The notes: a model not told the origin generated them from the letters alone. A stretch of DNA of 64,000 nucleotides from Octopus sinensis (GCF_006345805.1 NC_043006.1:36890001-36954000); one strand, 5' to 3'. Positions 24,155 through 38,545 are shown, numbered from the stretch's first letter. Translations and numbers: made by a program.

Positions 24155-24320
24155 TCTGGCATTCTGAGTTCAAATCCTGCCATGGTCAACTTTACCCTAA
24201 GTTCCTTCAAGATCAATAAAATAAAGTACCAGTCAAGTACTGGGGAAGGAATTGGATGTTGACGCAATCAGCTTGCTGCTCCCGCCCTCAAAATCTGCTG
24301 GCCTTGAATCTTGCAACAGA
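24095..24320 (+). mobile_element. SINE family B copy overlapping the first ~20 codons of the long repeat ORF (antisense)
   Basis: AAGCTGGCAGAATC...AAAATGCTTAG...TTCTGAGTTCAAATCCTGCC...AATAAAGTACCAGTCAAGTACTGGGG. Confidence 0.8.
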
Positions 24321-25282
24321 CTAGCATACTGTTTAGGGGTACTGTTGCGATCTTGGTCACATATAGACCACAGAAACCAGGTAACTAGCCTGATGAATCC
24401 TTCCCTCCCCCAAATGGAAGCCCTAAACAACTTAGTTGCAGAGGTGTAGGGCTTAGTGGTTAGGGTGTTATGCTCATGATTGTAAGATTATTGTTTCAAT
24501 TCCTGGAACAGGAGATGTATTGTGTTCTTGAGCAAGACACTTCATTTCACACTGCTCCAGTCCACTCAGCTGGCCAAAATGAGTAACCCTGTGATGGATC
24601 AGTGTCCCATCCAGGGAGGAATATGTGTGTGTGTGTCAGAGAAACCAGCCCTGTGTTCCTCATAAAGTAATGTAGACTAAGCAACTCAAAAGTTTGTTTA
24701 GTCATCTCTGATTATGACAGACGTAGGGGTGGTTTGGGGGGGGGGGGGTTCGAGGTGGAGACATTATCATGTTTGCTTCTTTCTTGGCCATATAATTCAT
24801 AATTGGTCCATTATATCTGCTTTCACCCACACAGTTTCTTTCAGATGAAGCCATGCCCAGGATTCCAGCAGCACTGTTGAGAGACATTAACAGTTGTATC
24901 ATTCATATTTTACACTTGTTTCAATCCCTAGACTGTGGCTGTGCTGGGGCACCACCTTAAGAGGTTTTAGTCAAACGAATTGACTGCAGTATTGATTTTA
25001 TTGAGCCCTGCTACTTATTCTCAGTCTCTTTAGCCGAATTGCTAAGTTAAAGGAGAAAAATACAAACCAACACTGGTTAAGTAGTGGTGGTGGACAAACA
25101 CATACACATATATATACGACAGGCTTCCACTCAGTTTCCATTTACCAAATTCACTCACAAGGCATTTGGTTGTCCTGGGGCTATAGTAGGAGACACCTGC
25201 CTAAGGTGCTGTCTGGTGGAATTGAACCTGAAACCATGTGGTTTTGAAGCAAGCTTCTTAACCACATAACCATGCTTACACC

Positions 25283-25507
25283 CAGTGCCGTGGTGTAGGA
25301 GTCGTAGAGTCGGAGTTGGAAACAATTAAGGAGTAGCTAAAGTTGGAGTCGGTAAAACTATACCGACTCCGACTCACAATATCTTTACTGACATATAAGC
25401 CTACTCAAAGTACAAGCATATACATATACTTTATGAAATACGTAGACCACAATCACTTAATTACATAAAGAGGAGTTGGAGTTTTTTGTTTCGACTCCAC
25501 AGCCCTG
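25283..25507. mobile_element. hAT-like MITE with 8-bp TSD, inserted in a SINE end
   Basis: CAGTGCCGTGG...CCACAGCCCTG ends, GGAGTCGG sub-repeats, TSD CTTACACC/CTTACACT. Confidence 0.8.
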
Positions 25508-26249
25508 CTTACACTTATACATTTTTCTATTCTTTTGTTGGGGGCTGCCCTATTTTATGAAAGAAGTTTGATAGAAGTAAACTGTAATTTTAGTCTTACA
25601 TGAAAGCCATATTTAATAGTGACCTGCTTGCTGTTTAGACCTAACCGAGTAAACCTAAGATCAAAAATGGCCCGGTATAGTGTAGGTTCAGTCCCACTGT
25701 GTAGCCACTTGGGCAAATGACTTCTAATATACCATGAGGCTGACCAAAGCCTAGAGAGTGGATTTGGTAGAGAGAAACCCATCATATATATACATACATA
25801 CATATATTGTGTGTTTGTGTCTGTCCCCCACCACTGCTTGATAACCAGTGCTGGTGTATCTATGTCCCAGTAACTTAGTGGTTTGGCAAAAAAAAAAAAA
25901 GCAAAAAATACTGGAGTCAATTTATTTAACCAAAAAAATTCTTCCAGAAGAATGGGGGCAGTCAAATGACTGAAACAAGTAAAAGATGAAAGATGGGTAC
26001 TGAAAATTTGGCTGCTACTTCTAGCAAGTCAAATGACCACGTAGAGGATTGGTTAATGGAGGCAATAGTAATTACTAAATAGCTACACATACCTCTGCTG
26101 CACAGCTCAAAAGAACCTCTTGCTGTTGTTGTACAGGAACTAGTGACTTTTTAGTGAATGTCATATAGACACAGCATTTAACTCTTTAACATTCAGATTA
26201 CAGTCAAACGTAATGCCTATTTATTCACACTGTTTTGAATTAATCAGGT

Positions 26250-26550
26250 GATGGCATGTGGCTTGCTGGTTAGGGTATTCAGCTTACAACCATAAAATCA
26301 TAGGTTTGATTCCCGGCGGTGCACTGTGTCCTTGAGCAAGACACTTTATTTGACGTTGCTCCAGTCCACTCAGCTGGCAAAAATGAGTTGTACCTGTAAT
26401 TCAAAGGGTCAGTCTTGTCACATTCCGCATCATGCTGAATCTCCCTGAGAACTAGGTTAAGTGTATGTATGTCTGTGGAGTACTCAGTCACATGCATGTT
26501 AATTTCACAAGCAGGCTGTTCCATTGATCAGATCAAATGGAATTCTCGTG
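26250..26550 (+). mobile_element. tRNA-derived SINE family C (GTCCTTGAGCAAGACAC domain), nested in a TTAA MITE; other copies at ~24440-24650, 27640-27835(-), 40520-40725(-), 10725-10845
   Basis: GTGGCTT..TGGTTAGGGTATTC...GTTTGATTCCCGG head; flanked by the duplicated MITE sequence TTTTGAATTAAT. Confidence 0.75.
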
Positions 26551-29129
26551 TGCTAGATTTTGAATTAATTATGCATTAACTTGTAGCTTTGAAATTCTGA
26601 TGATGTGATGGTTTATTCTTAGAGTGGCATTGTCAGATAGGTATGAGAGACTGGATCTGACCTCTCATAAAACAAGTAGGTATGGCTGGTTTAAATGCTA
26701 AAAGGTTAAAAGATCACTGAATTTCAGTGAGCCCTACCACCAATGCCATCACCATACACTTCCCCTTCAAATTTCTCCTTTTTTGAAGTTGTGGTTACAA
26801 TTGTACTAAATTTAAAAGGAGAAGCAACAAAGATATTCCCCCACTAGTGTAATTTCAAGTAAAAACCAGTAAAACACTTTAGTATTTAAACTGGTCATAT
26901 ACAGCCAAAATATCCTTATCTGTTTTATGTTCAATCTGGTCAGATCTGACCTCTCAAACTTACCCTACAATGCCATTCTAAAAATAAACAATCACATCAC
27001 TGAGATCTTGAAGCTGTGAGATAATGCAAGATTTGAAAGAATTATCTGAATGCAAAAGGGTTAATATTGGGAATTGACAACTAAAATTTTCAATGCAACA
27101 GACTCACTGCAGGCCTGAAACCAATACATAACAATCACCTGGGGTGGTTTGAGTCCCATCACTGGCCTGTTTGCACTATACTTTTTCAAACTGGTGATTA
27201 TAATACCTTATACAGTTTTGGTTTAATATTGGTGTAGGCATGACTCTGTGGTAAGAAGTTTGCTTCCCAACCACATGATTTCGTGTTCAGTTCCACTGCA
27301 TGGCACTTTGTGTGAGTGTATTCAACTACATGGCCCTCAACAGAGCCCACAGGTAACCACAACAAATACAAAATAGATTGTTGTTGGTTAGTCAAAGAAC
27401 AGCTTTAAGTAAGCAGACCTATAATCAAAGATATTCCAGCCATGACTATCCCATCTTTTTGTGTTGTGTTTTCTACTGCAGTCATTGAGTATTTTAGGTT
27501 ATGTTATCCAACATGTAGTCTATTATAATCATATTCACACATCACTGTATCCACCAGATTATTGGATGTTTGTTACACACCGCGAGTTACAATACACTTT
27601 CCTTGGATTGTTGTATTGTTCAAATGATGGTACCCCACTGGCTTAGCGGGCAAGCCAATGATCTCCCTGAATGGAACACTTACCTGTCACAGGGTTACCC
27701 ATTTAAAGCCAAGTGAACTGGAGCAAGCTGAAATGAAGTGTTCTGCTCAAGAACACAATACACTGCTCAATCCAGGAATTGAACCCACAGTCACTAGACC
27801 ATGAGTACAACATCCTAACCACTAGGCTACACGCCTTCACATATTCACATCTAAAATCCAGCACTTGACTTTTTTCCTTATTTTACAGACTTCATAAGGA
27901 TGAAAGGCAAAGCCAACTTCTGATTTGAGCTCAGAAATATAAAGGGCCATTACTAAATACTTGTCTTTTTTTAAAAACCAGTGGAGTGTGAACCGAGAGA
28001 CTTGCTTACTATTTCTAACAGAAAAAGCATCCATATAGAAGTTCCTTGTTGATTTAAAATTACTTCTTCTTTATTGGTGGATATGTAAAAAAATAAAAAA
28101 AATAGAAAAAGAAACCCCATTGGTACTAGATTTCTAGCTAAAGGAAGGGCAAAGTAAAATACTTTATCATTCACACACACACATAGAGGGCCAGGTCTCT
28201 TGGGATTAGCATTCTGACACCATGTGTAACTCCCTAGATTTGACATATCACAAAATATCAGTTAGAGAGAAGAGGAGGGGTGAGGAAGAAAGAAATAGGG
28301 AAAGAGGGGGAGATTCAAACAGAAAGTTTTACCAGTGTTTCTGCTTTTATATGACTGGTTTTTTTTTTCCTTTTTTATTTTAAAATCTTTTTTCAAAGAA
28401 TCGCTCCCTTTTCCTTCACATGCAAAACAACAGGGCAGGATAAACTATTTGCAGAAGAAAAACAAATCTGGAAAATGCGAAGACAAAGGAGGGGGAAGAG
28501 GAAGTTAAGTGTTCAAATTTGTGGCAAAAACAACAGGCAACGGCCATATTTTCATTTATGTTGCAAAGAGAAACAAAACACTACTGCTACTACTACAAAA
28601 ATAAAATCAAATAAAAACTAAAATCTTAAAACAACTACAACAACAATAACATCAAGAACAAGCAGGGAAATTTACAAAGTAAACATAAGTAAAACATTTA
28701 ACTCCATTTCTGAAGGCAGCTGAATATTAATTATGTCTCCCCTCTAATATCTACAGAAACATTCCTTCAGCCTACCCCACTAACAACAATAACGACAATC
28801 ACTACACAATTTTAAACCCTGGATGGCCTTGTAGTTAAGAAGCTTTCTTGCCAGCCATCTGGTCTCCCAGGTTCAATCCTGCTGTGTGGTACCTTGGACA
28901 AGCCTCTTGGGCAAGTGTGGAAAACTGGGTGCTAAAATGATGAAGATAATAATATAAGAGCATATGTGGCTTTTTGGTAAGAAGTGTGCTTCCCAACCAC
29001 ATAGTTTTGGGTTCATTTTCACTGTGTGGGACCTTAGGCAAATGTCTCCTACTATAGTCTTGGGCTGACCCTTGTGAGTGGATTTGGTAGTCAGAAACTA
29101 GAAGTAATCCCAATGTCTCTCTCTCACTT

Positions 29130-29183
<54 letters not shown>

Positions 29184-29376
29184 CTTTTATTTGTTTCAGT
29201 CATTTGACTGCAGCTATGTTGGAGCACTTACCTTTAGTCGAACAAAATTGACACTAGGACTTATTCTTTGTAAGCCTAGTACTTATTCTATCAGTCTCTT
29301 TCGCCAAACCGCAAGTTATGGGGACGTAAACACACCAACAGCAGTTGTCAAGCGATGGTGGTGGGGACAAATACAG

Positions 29377-29456
<80 letters not shown>

Positions 29457-29842
29457 TTGTGTTTGTTCTCCGCTGGTGTTGGTTTGCTTACATCCCTGTA
29501 ACTTAGTGGTTCAGCCTAAGAGACTAATAATATATGTTCCAGGCTTGAAAAGAAAATATGTACAGGGATCGATTTGTTTAACCAAACCTTCAAGGCAGTG
29601 CCCCAGCATAGCCACAGTCCAATGACTGAAGCAGGTAAAGAATAATACCCAATTTAATTCGCACAAATTATAAAAAAATACAACTTATTTAGGCTGTGTG
29701 ATAAGTTGCTTGCTTACCAACCACATTGCTCCAGGTTCAGTCCCACTTTGTGACACCTTAGGCAAGTGTCTTCTACTATAGCCTTGGGCCAATGAAAGCC
29801 TTGTGAGTGGATTTGGTAAATGGAAACTGAAAGAAGCCCATC

Positions 29843-29911
<69 letters not shown>

Positions 29912-30499
29912 TTATTTGTGTGACTGTGTTTGTCCCCTCACCATCACTTGACAACCAATGCTTGTGTGTTTACGTCCTTGTAACTTAGCAGTTCAGCAAA
30001 AGAGACCAAAAGAATAAGTCCTGGGTTTGATTTGTTCAGCTAAAAGGCAGTGCTTCAGCATATATATATATTTTATTTTTCCTAGACTAGTGAAGATATA
30101 ACAAGCCTGTGATATAAATGTTTATGACTCCAGCATGGTCACTACATACTGGTTGAATCCAATAAGATAATGTTTTTCTCTCCAATTTTAGCACAAGGCT
30201 AGCAGATTTGCAGGGACAAGGCAAGTCATTTACATTGACCTCAGTATTCGACCGATACTTTATTTTATTGACCCTAAAGGGATGAAAGGTAAAGTGGACC
30301 TCTTGGGATTTGAACTCAGAACATAAAATGCCAGATGAAATACTGCTGAGCACTTTGTCCAAGTGTTCACAATTCTGCCAGTTTATTTGCCTTAAACCAA
30401 TAAAATAATAAACAGTAAAATATGTTTTAAAATTAGGGTCATCAGGGACATGCTTTACAGACCAATGTGATCAATAGATCACAGACCAATTCAATAGAT

Positions 30500-31349
30500 C
30501 AATGTTACTCAACCATTTTTTGTTTATTAACCCCCTTTGAATCCTATTTTACTCTGCAGGATTCTCATTCCCATTCAATGTTCTAAAAAAGTCCCATTAT
30601 ACTTTTATAATTAATTATTACTAGGAATTGTATTTTACATGTTTCAGCCCTAAGGCTGTAACTAATTTATTGGATATAAACATTAACACTAAAACCTTAT
30701 ATGGAATGGAACCCCAGGGGTCACGTGGACCCTGGTTGAGAACCATTGATATAAAGCGATCAGTGATACATAACCTTTTGCATCAGGTGGTTCATAAAAT
30801 TCACAAAAAAATACTTCACAGATCACCAAATATACAGGAGATTTTAAGTGCATTATGCAACACTGTAGGACATAAAAACTTGCCACAGGTCACCATAACT
30901 TTGGTGTGGATCATGTTACGCAGCACTGCAATAGATTAATGCAGAAAATGATGTGTACTAGACCAGAGTAGCAAGACACAAGAGGTGTCTGCTCACTCAA
31001 TGTGATCAGAGGCATGGTTAATGCATGATAAGAAATGTATTGGCTGGACCAGTACAGTCAGACATTATTCAAGCCAGTCAATTTCTTGAGCTGTGCTGGT
31101 AGGTTAAGCATATTTGTAAACTTAGATCAGTGGTTCTCAGCCGGGTCCATGTAAGATTTTATTGTTAAAATTTATGAGCAATAAACTTATTATACTTCTA
31201 CAATATGCGAAATAATTTAATTTTTCTTTATACAGTTCCTAATATTAAATTATGAAAATATAACAGGATTTTTCAAAGCATCAAGTGACTATGGGGGGTC
31301 CCACTTCAATAAAATAAGAATCAAAGGCAAAAATTGTTGAGAACCACTG
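30500..31349. mobile_element. Two oppositely oriented hAT/Charlie-like MITEs (~30500-30748, ~31128-31349); further copies at ~45523-45785 and ~60635-60790
   Basis: CAGTGGTTCTCA...TGAGAACCACTG type termini and shared internal AT-rich body. Confidence 0.7.
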
Positions 31350-31592
31350 AGACAGATAAACCTGGATGTGGTTCACTCACCACACTCATTTACATCAAAC
31401 ACTAAGCTACTCCTCGAAAACTTATGAATAGAATCGTTTAACACACAAAGCTGCACAAAAAAAGAGTTAAATAAATCATAAACGAAGAGAAAATATTTAC
31501 ATTAAAAACATTCAAATTGTCACAACAGAAGCAGGAAAAGAAGCTACAATTACATCATCAACAGAGGCACAAAGGATTTTGGAGGAAAAGGC

Positions 31593-31642
<50 letters not shown>

Positions 31643-31756
31643 ATATATACACATACATACATGAATGTATGTATGTATATATAAATATATAATTGAGGTT
31701 GCATGCATCATGCTACTAGGATAAACACATGTGATGCAATCAAACCAAAGTCTTAC

Positions 31757-31819
31757 CATCAACTTCATCAGAGCTCGGAGACCGATATTTGGCAGATGAG
31801 ACATTATTTCTATGTACTC
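31757..31819 (-). CDS. TMEM198: Probable 63-nt symmetric cassette exon of TMEM198 (R-VHRNNVSSAKYRSPSSDEVD)
   Basis: Polypyrimidine acceptor tttctttactctttag|GA, donor ATG|GTAAGA, length divisible by 3, open in phase 1 (the phase of the surrounding intron), non-repetitive sequence. Confidence 0.6.
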
Positions 31820-32678
31820 CTAAAGAGTAAAGAAATGCAATAATACTTACACAAATAACAAAAATTTAGAAAAAAAAGTGAAAATACAATTTCTCATAGA
31901 ATACATTTTTTTCTCGCAATCCAATAACATTCTGCAAAGCCAACATTTTGAAGAACTCACTCGTTAACAAATGTTTTCAATTAACCCTTCAAATACCAAA
32001 ACTCTATTTTTGTTAACGAGCATCCCTGCCATTACATCTTTAAATTCACTCAGAAACTTTTCTCTCTTATTCAACACTTTTTGGAATTGGTTCGCAAAGT
32101 TCTTGATGTGAATTTGTGTATTGAAACAGATTGTGTTGCCTCTCAGGAGGTTCATTATGTCATTACTAAACACACACATTGTTAACATTTCACCATTATG
32201 AATTTCTATTTCTCATACTGCCATTTAAAATTTTAAATCATTAATGAGACACTAATTACTTAAAAAAAGAAATTTGATAAATTAATATCTTCCAGACTGT
32301 AATTTATCTTATTTTTGTGTTTTACAAGACATTACAATCAGTTGAACCTCTGATGCTTTTCAGGAGACATTCCTTCCTATACACATTCCCACTTAACATA
32401 TGAAAGAGTCTATGCGGTTGCTTGATCTGCTAGAAACAGTAATCAACTCTCCTTTAAAATCAAGTGTCTTTGAAAAAGGCACATTAAATGATGTGATCCT
32501 AGGTGCACCATGCCCCCATCAGCATCAGAAAAGGTTGAGGTAGTCAGAGTTGGAATAAATGAGATCAGCTCAATTGGGACTGGAGTGAGGCTAAGCTAGA
32601 TATATATATATATCGTTCCTTTTTCGTTTAATGTCCACTTTAGCGGTGTACATGCACTTTGTTCTCTTATATGTAAGT

Positions 32679-32724
<46 letters not shown>

Positions 32725-32908
32725 GGAGCTTGCTTCCTAGCTACATGGTTTCGGGTTCAGTCCCACTGCGTGGCACTTTGGGTAGGTGTCTTCCACTATA
32801 GCCCCGATCTGACCGGAGCTTTGTGATTGAATTCGGTAGGTAGAAGTTACTGCCGTGTGTGTATGTGGGTGTATAGCTGCTTAGTGCCTCTCCGAAAGAG
32901 AGAGAGGG

Positions 32909-32941
<33 letters not shown>

Positions 32942-33454
32942 ATATATCACACACACACACACACACACTCTTATATGTAATATATATATATGTATATATA
33001 ATATATAAGAGAGAGTGAGTGAGAGAAAGAAATCTGTTTTCCAACCATGTGGGCTTTGGGGTCACTCCTCAGAAGGGGAATTTTGGGCAAGTATGCTCTA
33101 CTACAACTTGAGCAGACCAAAGCTTTGTGGAGTGGATTTGGTAGATGGAAACTGAAAGAAACCTGTCCAATATATCATCATCATCAGAATCTAACAAATC
33201 CACTCCACAAAGCTGTGGCTAGCCCAAGGCAATAGTAGAAGACATTTGCTCAAGGAGCCATTGCAGCAGGACTGAACCCAAAAGTACATGGATGGGAAAC
33301 AAGCTTCTTAACCACCCAGCCACATCTGCAACTATCGTATGCACAAAAATGTGGTGGTAGTGGTGGTGGTGGGTGGTTCTCTGCTAGAATTTAATTGTTT
33401 GGTCAACTGAACTGCTACTGCTCAGCAAGTTAGCATATAAACCTTTAAAGGAAG

Positions 33455-33915
33455 TACAGGTCATCATTGACTTACGACCAATCAACTTTATGACGATTGG
33501 TGTGCCAGTTTCCATTAGCAATAATAAATAGACCAGTTGAAATCTAATGAGTTTAATTTCTTAGAAATTAACCTGTCTATGGATGATGTCAGCTAACAAA
33601 CACTTCCTCTAGGTTTGGTTATCAATTGCCACTGTGGTTATCCCAAGTGTTGGATGAATATCCTGTCACAGAGACGTTGAGGCAACCTCGTATTTGTTTA
33701 TAAGATGACTGTTTGAAACTCTGAAATTTTTGTTTAACACCAGTATAATAGTATAATACAGAATGCTGTGTGTGACTTTTACCTGAGAATGTACCTTAAG
33801 AATGTAAAAATATAAAACAAAGCTATGTATAGGCCTATAGGCCGACTTATGACCAGATCGACTAATGACCAGTCAGTCGAAACCAATTGTGGTCATAAGT
33901 TGATGACAACCTGTA
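33455..33915. mobile_element. pogo/Tigger-like MITE
   Basis: TACAGGTCATCATTGACTTACGACCA ... TGGTCATAAGTTGATGACAACCTGTA inverted ends with TA flanks. Confidence 0.75.
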
Positions 33916-36900
33916 ATCCTCAAGCAGAATCATTGTCATACTGTATGTGACAAAGCTGGATCTTTTGAATTACAGGTACAATCCATCAGATGAGCTTCCT
34001 TACAGTTTCCATCTTCCCAATTTCACTCAGAAGGTTTGGGTTGATCCAAGGTTATTGTAAAAAAAAACACTTGTCCAAGACACCATACGTTGAGATTGAA
34101 CCTGAGATCTTATGATTGCAAACTGAACTTCTTAATCATCCAGCCATGCTACCTACAACAGCGAACTACCACTAACTGCACCAGCTGACCAAGTGTTAGG
34201 GTTGGGCTGTAATTTCACAAATCGGCTGGAAAGAAAGGAGTGGAAATATTCCATGACCTGTTCAGACCCACCAAGATGAATGGGACTGATGTATCTTATA
34301 GGAAGCCTGTGAATATCTAACAATCAATAGATGCAAAAAAGGGGAAAAAAAAACCTTGTGAGTGAAGAGAGGAGTGGGTCGGGGTGGAGATGTCAGAGAC
34401 TCTAACAGGGTCAGCTGCACTTAAAAACATCCTGACAGAACTTGTAACAGGCAGAGCTGTTAATCTTTAAAGTAGTCAAAACAGCCACCTGCTAAACAGA
34501 TGTTTTTTTCATAATATTCATCATGTAACATCCACCTTTCCATGCCCGCATGGGTCAGATAGAATTTGTTGAGGCAGATTTTCCATGAAAGGATGCCCTT
34601 CCTCACCCATTGCATGGTAAGTAGCTTGCTTCCCAACCACATGGTTCTGTGTTCAGTCCCACTGCATGTCACCTTGGGGGGGCAAGTGTCTTCTACTATA
34701 GCCTTTTATTTTTTATTTGTTTCAGTCATTTGACTGCAGCCATGCTGGAGCAACACCTTGAAGGGTTTTAGTTGAATGAACTGAGATTGGTATTTATTCA
34801 ATTAGTCTCTTTTGCTGAACTGCTAAGTTACAGGAACATAAACAAACCAACATTGTTTGTCTAACAGTGGTAGGGACAAAAACAAATATACCCCCCCACA
34901 CACATAATGATGAGCTTCTTTGAGTTTTCTTCCACCAAATCTACACACAAGACTTTGGTTGGCCCAAGGTTATAATAGAAGACACTTGGCCAAGGTTCCA
35001 TGTAGTGGGACTAAACACAAGACCACATGGTTGGGAAACAGGCCTCCTGACCATGCAGTTATGCCTGTGCCCATAAACGTTATCTGTTAGAAGTGTGCTA
35101 GGATCCCAAAATACATTGGATTGTTCCTAAATATTTGGTATGTCTGTGAGTGTGAACCGTAGAACTATGTCATTCATGTAGAGCTGATTGAGGTTATGCA
35201 CATAAGAATAAGGACCTTAACCTCACTTTGAGGTCAATTGGTGCAATTAGCAGCTTGCTGTCATAGGCAAGGCAGCATGGCCGAATGGTTTAAGTTCATT
35301 CTGAACAATACAGTAGAAACTCAAACTATGAGTGCCCCATTGTACAAGTAATTTTGCTGTACAAGCCAAGACGTGCAAATTTTTGTCTTGAAGTATGAGC
35401 AGAAATCCACAGTATGAGCACACAGTACATTCCATCTTTAAGGTGATTCAGTTAATAAAACCACTTTTGTATTCTCTTTTCTATAATTGTCACTTTACTT
35501 GTAATTACACCTTTTCTGTTTTAAAATCCATAAAAAATTATTTTTGAGTGGTTTTGTGGGGCTGGAATGGATTAATATTTTAGTTAAATTCAATGGGGTA
35601 AATTGATTTGTAAAATGAATAAATAGTAAGACAAGCTCGGTCATGGAATGAATTAAACTCGTACTGCGAGGTATCACTATAATCATGTATATAATGAAAA
35701 AGAAGAATTCTCAGATGTGTTGGTTTCAATCAAAAAGGTGGTTAATGCTGAGGAGTTCTAGGGAACAAGTTTAATTGCCTCATATGTTTCAATAAAAAGG
35801 TGCAGGCATGGCTACGAAGTTTGCTTTCAATCACAAGGTTTTGGGTTCAGCCCTGCTGTGTGGCACTTTGGGCAAGTGTCTTCTATCACATCTGCAGGCC
35901 AACCAAATCCTTTTGAGTGGATTTGGTAAATGGAAATGTGTGTGTGTGAGTGTATGTGGGTATGTTTGTGTCATCTTGAGTTGATGTCATGTGGTAGTTG
36001 TAAATGAGCGTGTTTTGAAACAAGTGAGGGTTGGTGATAGAAAAGAACCTTCAGCCATAGAAAATCTGCCTCAATAAATTACATCTGACCCATGCAAGCG
36101 TGAAAAGTGAACATTAAAAAAATGATGATGATGAAGATTATGTAGTTTGCGTGTGTAGGCAAAGTTTTTTGTTTTGACTCCACAACCCTGCATTTAAAGG
36201 TCTCAACAGAAGGTGCAAAACTAGAAACAGCTTTACCCCAGGTCAGCTCTCCTTCAGTTGATTCTGATTACAGACATTCCATCTGGTGTACTTTTTCTTA
36301 AGGCATAGTCTATCTAAGAGTACATTATCCACTATGTACTTCTTTGTTATTTAGTTGAGACCAAATCTTCTTATTGTATATCAGGCTCTATCTCCATTGT
36401 CTAATGTAACCTTCTTTATCTAAAACTGTAGGGTGGGGTTTAAATGATATCTGACTGCTATGTCTAGTACATCAAATGACTACCATACAACTGCTTCACA
36501 TAGTTAGCATACAACCTTTTCTAAATTTTCGAGGCAGTCCAAATCGTGACCATCCAGTCTTGTTGCACTCTGAAAACTACATTAGCCAATGTATTTCTTC
36601 CATTTTATTTTAAACCACAATGATGACTTTTGAGGGCGCTCTGGGTGCTATTTCTAGCAGGTCTAACAATCATGTAGAGGACACCTTATTTATTTGTCTG
36701 TTATGAATGTTGTGTGCCAGTGTTGTGCAATATCATAGGGGGGTGTCGGGGGGTGGGTGGGCACGATGGAGAGGATATTGTTGAAAAGGCAGGGTAGGCA
36801 TTCATATGCATGTATACGTAATTACACACACACACACGAAGAGTCAGCTGGCGTTTTTTTTTTTTATTCAACATTAATAAATAACCGAACATAAAGTAAA

Positions 36901-37809
36901 ATTGAATATCAATTGAGCATCTAGTAACAGCTGTGGGTGATAGTGGGAGGAGACAGAACAATAGGCAAATCCAATTTCCTCCCTCCCACCACCACCACCA
37001 CCAATGCTGCTGCTGCTACTGCAGTACAAAAGTATTACCACCACCACTACTACTACCACCATTATAAAAATGGTGTCGGTCTGTTGAAGAAGGAAAATTG
37101 TTATCATCATGATTTTAGTGTCTACTTTTCCATGCTTGCATGGGTCAGAGGCCGGTTTTTTGGAGTGGAGGTTTCTATAGTCAGATGCCATTCTTGATGC
37201 CAATCCTCATTTGTTTCCAAGCAAAGTAATAACCTACCAGTCTATTGACCAACAAACAGTTCAGACATGGTTGCATTGAGAACAAGAACCAAATGGACTC
37301 GTCAGTAAGACCCAGCCAAAGATGAAGAAGATATGAATTCATTCACTCACACACATACACCACTTTTCCATGCTTGCATGGGTTGGACAATTTACCAAGA
37401 CAGATTTTTCATCGGCTGGATGCTCTTCCTGTCACCAACCCTCATCTGTTTCCAAAGTAATACTTCCCCATAGGCAGACATGTTCTCTGCAGATGATTGG
37501 AAATGAATGACAATCATTTACATCAAGCTCATGATATTCAGAAGATGCAAACACATACACACTAATACACAGTTATATACACACACATATATAGATATAT
37601 GAAAGGCAGCTACTTTTAGCTTCCAGCAATCAATTTCACTTGCAAGGCTTTGGTTGGCTTGGTGCTCTCATTGAAGACCCTTGCCCAAGTTTCCACACAG
37701 TGGGACAGAACCTAAAAACATGTGGTTGGAAAATAAACTTGTTAACCACATGGTCATACCTATGCCTTGTCTGAGTTTCATATGTTAGTTACACAAAGTA
37801 ATAATAATA

Positions 37810-38320
37810 ATGCCCTGATGCAGTACCAGGCAGTGGCTCTGATTGGAAGAGTTATCATGTACATGTTTTGTCTTGGTATAAAAGATGGGCTACAACAAAT
37901 ATTCTGCTCAATACCACAGATTTGCTTGTCAGTTGCTTGACCTTAACTAGCTGAGCATGTCCCTTGGTGGCTGACGATATGTGCATCTCTGATCATAAGC
38001 AGAAGTAGTGGGGGAAGAATTCTTTGGAGTTTGGATAATTTACCTTTGGAAACATGGGTGTTTTGTTCAACATCCTTAAACAACCCTTATTTAGGGACTT
38101 TTTGAGCAGGATGGGCTACTCAACCTGAAGAAAATTCTAACTGGGCGCCACATGCAAGGTCATGCGCTGTGTATCTTGATACGAGATCACCATGTTGCGC
38201 ATATATGGTTGTGATGCATGTCCCCAATGTACCCTTATCAGATGGGTAGTCATGATGGGTATACTGGGTTTCATATATTTTACCCCAATGTCACATTGAT
38301 GGCATGCATTGCTCTCTCAA
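37810..38320. mobile_element. Probable non-LTR retrotransposon fragment between (AAT)n tracts
   Basis: GC-richer, non-simple block bounded by AAT repeats, resembling a recalled abundant octopus LINE fragment; no intact ORF. Confidence 0.4.
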
Positions 38321-38329
38321 GATAATAAT

Positions 38330-38545
38330 AATTCTTTCTATTAAAGGCACAAGGCCTGAAATTTGTGGGGAGGCTACTAGTTGATTACATCAACCCCAGT
38401 GTGTAACTGGTACATAATTTATCGACCCTGGAAAGATGAAAGGTAAAGTAGACCTTAGCAGAATTTGAACTCAAAATGTAAAGATGGATGAAAATGCCAT
38501 TAAGTATTCTGCCCAATCTGCTAATGACTCTACCAGCTCACTGCC

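Noticed and set aside
24440-24510. tRNA-like sequences (also the heads at ~26255, ~50010, ~55577)
   Set aside because: SINE heads with A/B boxes but no complete cloverleaf, followed by SINE bodies
26093-26139. Minus-strand donor GAG|GTATGT at 26093 as a linking exon to the repeat ORF
   Set aside because: No pyrimidine-rich acceptor; the available AGs give 30 or 47 nt, which do not produce phase 2
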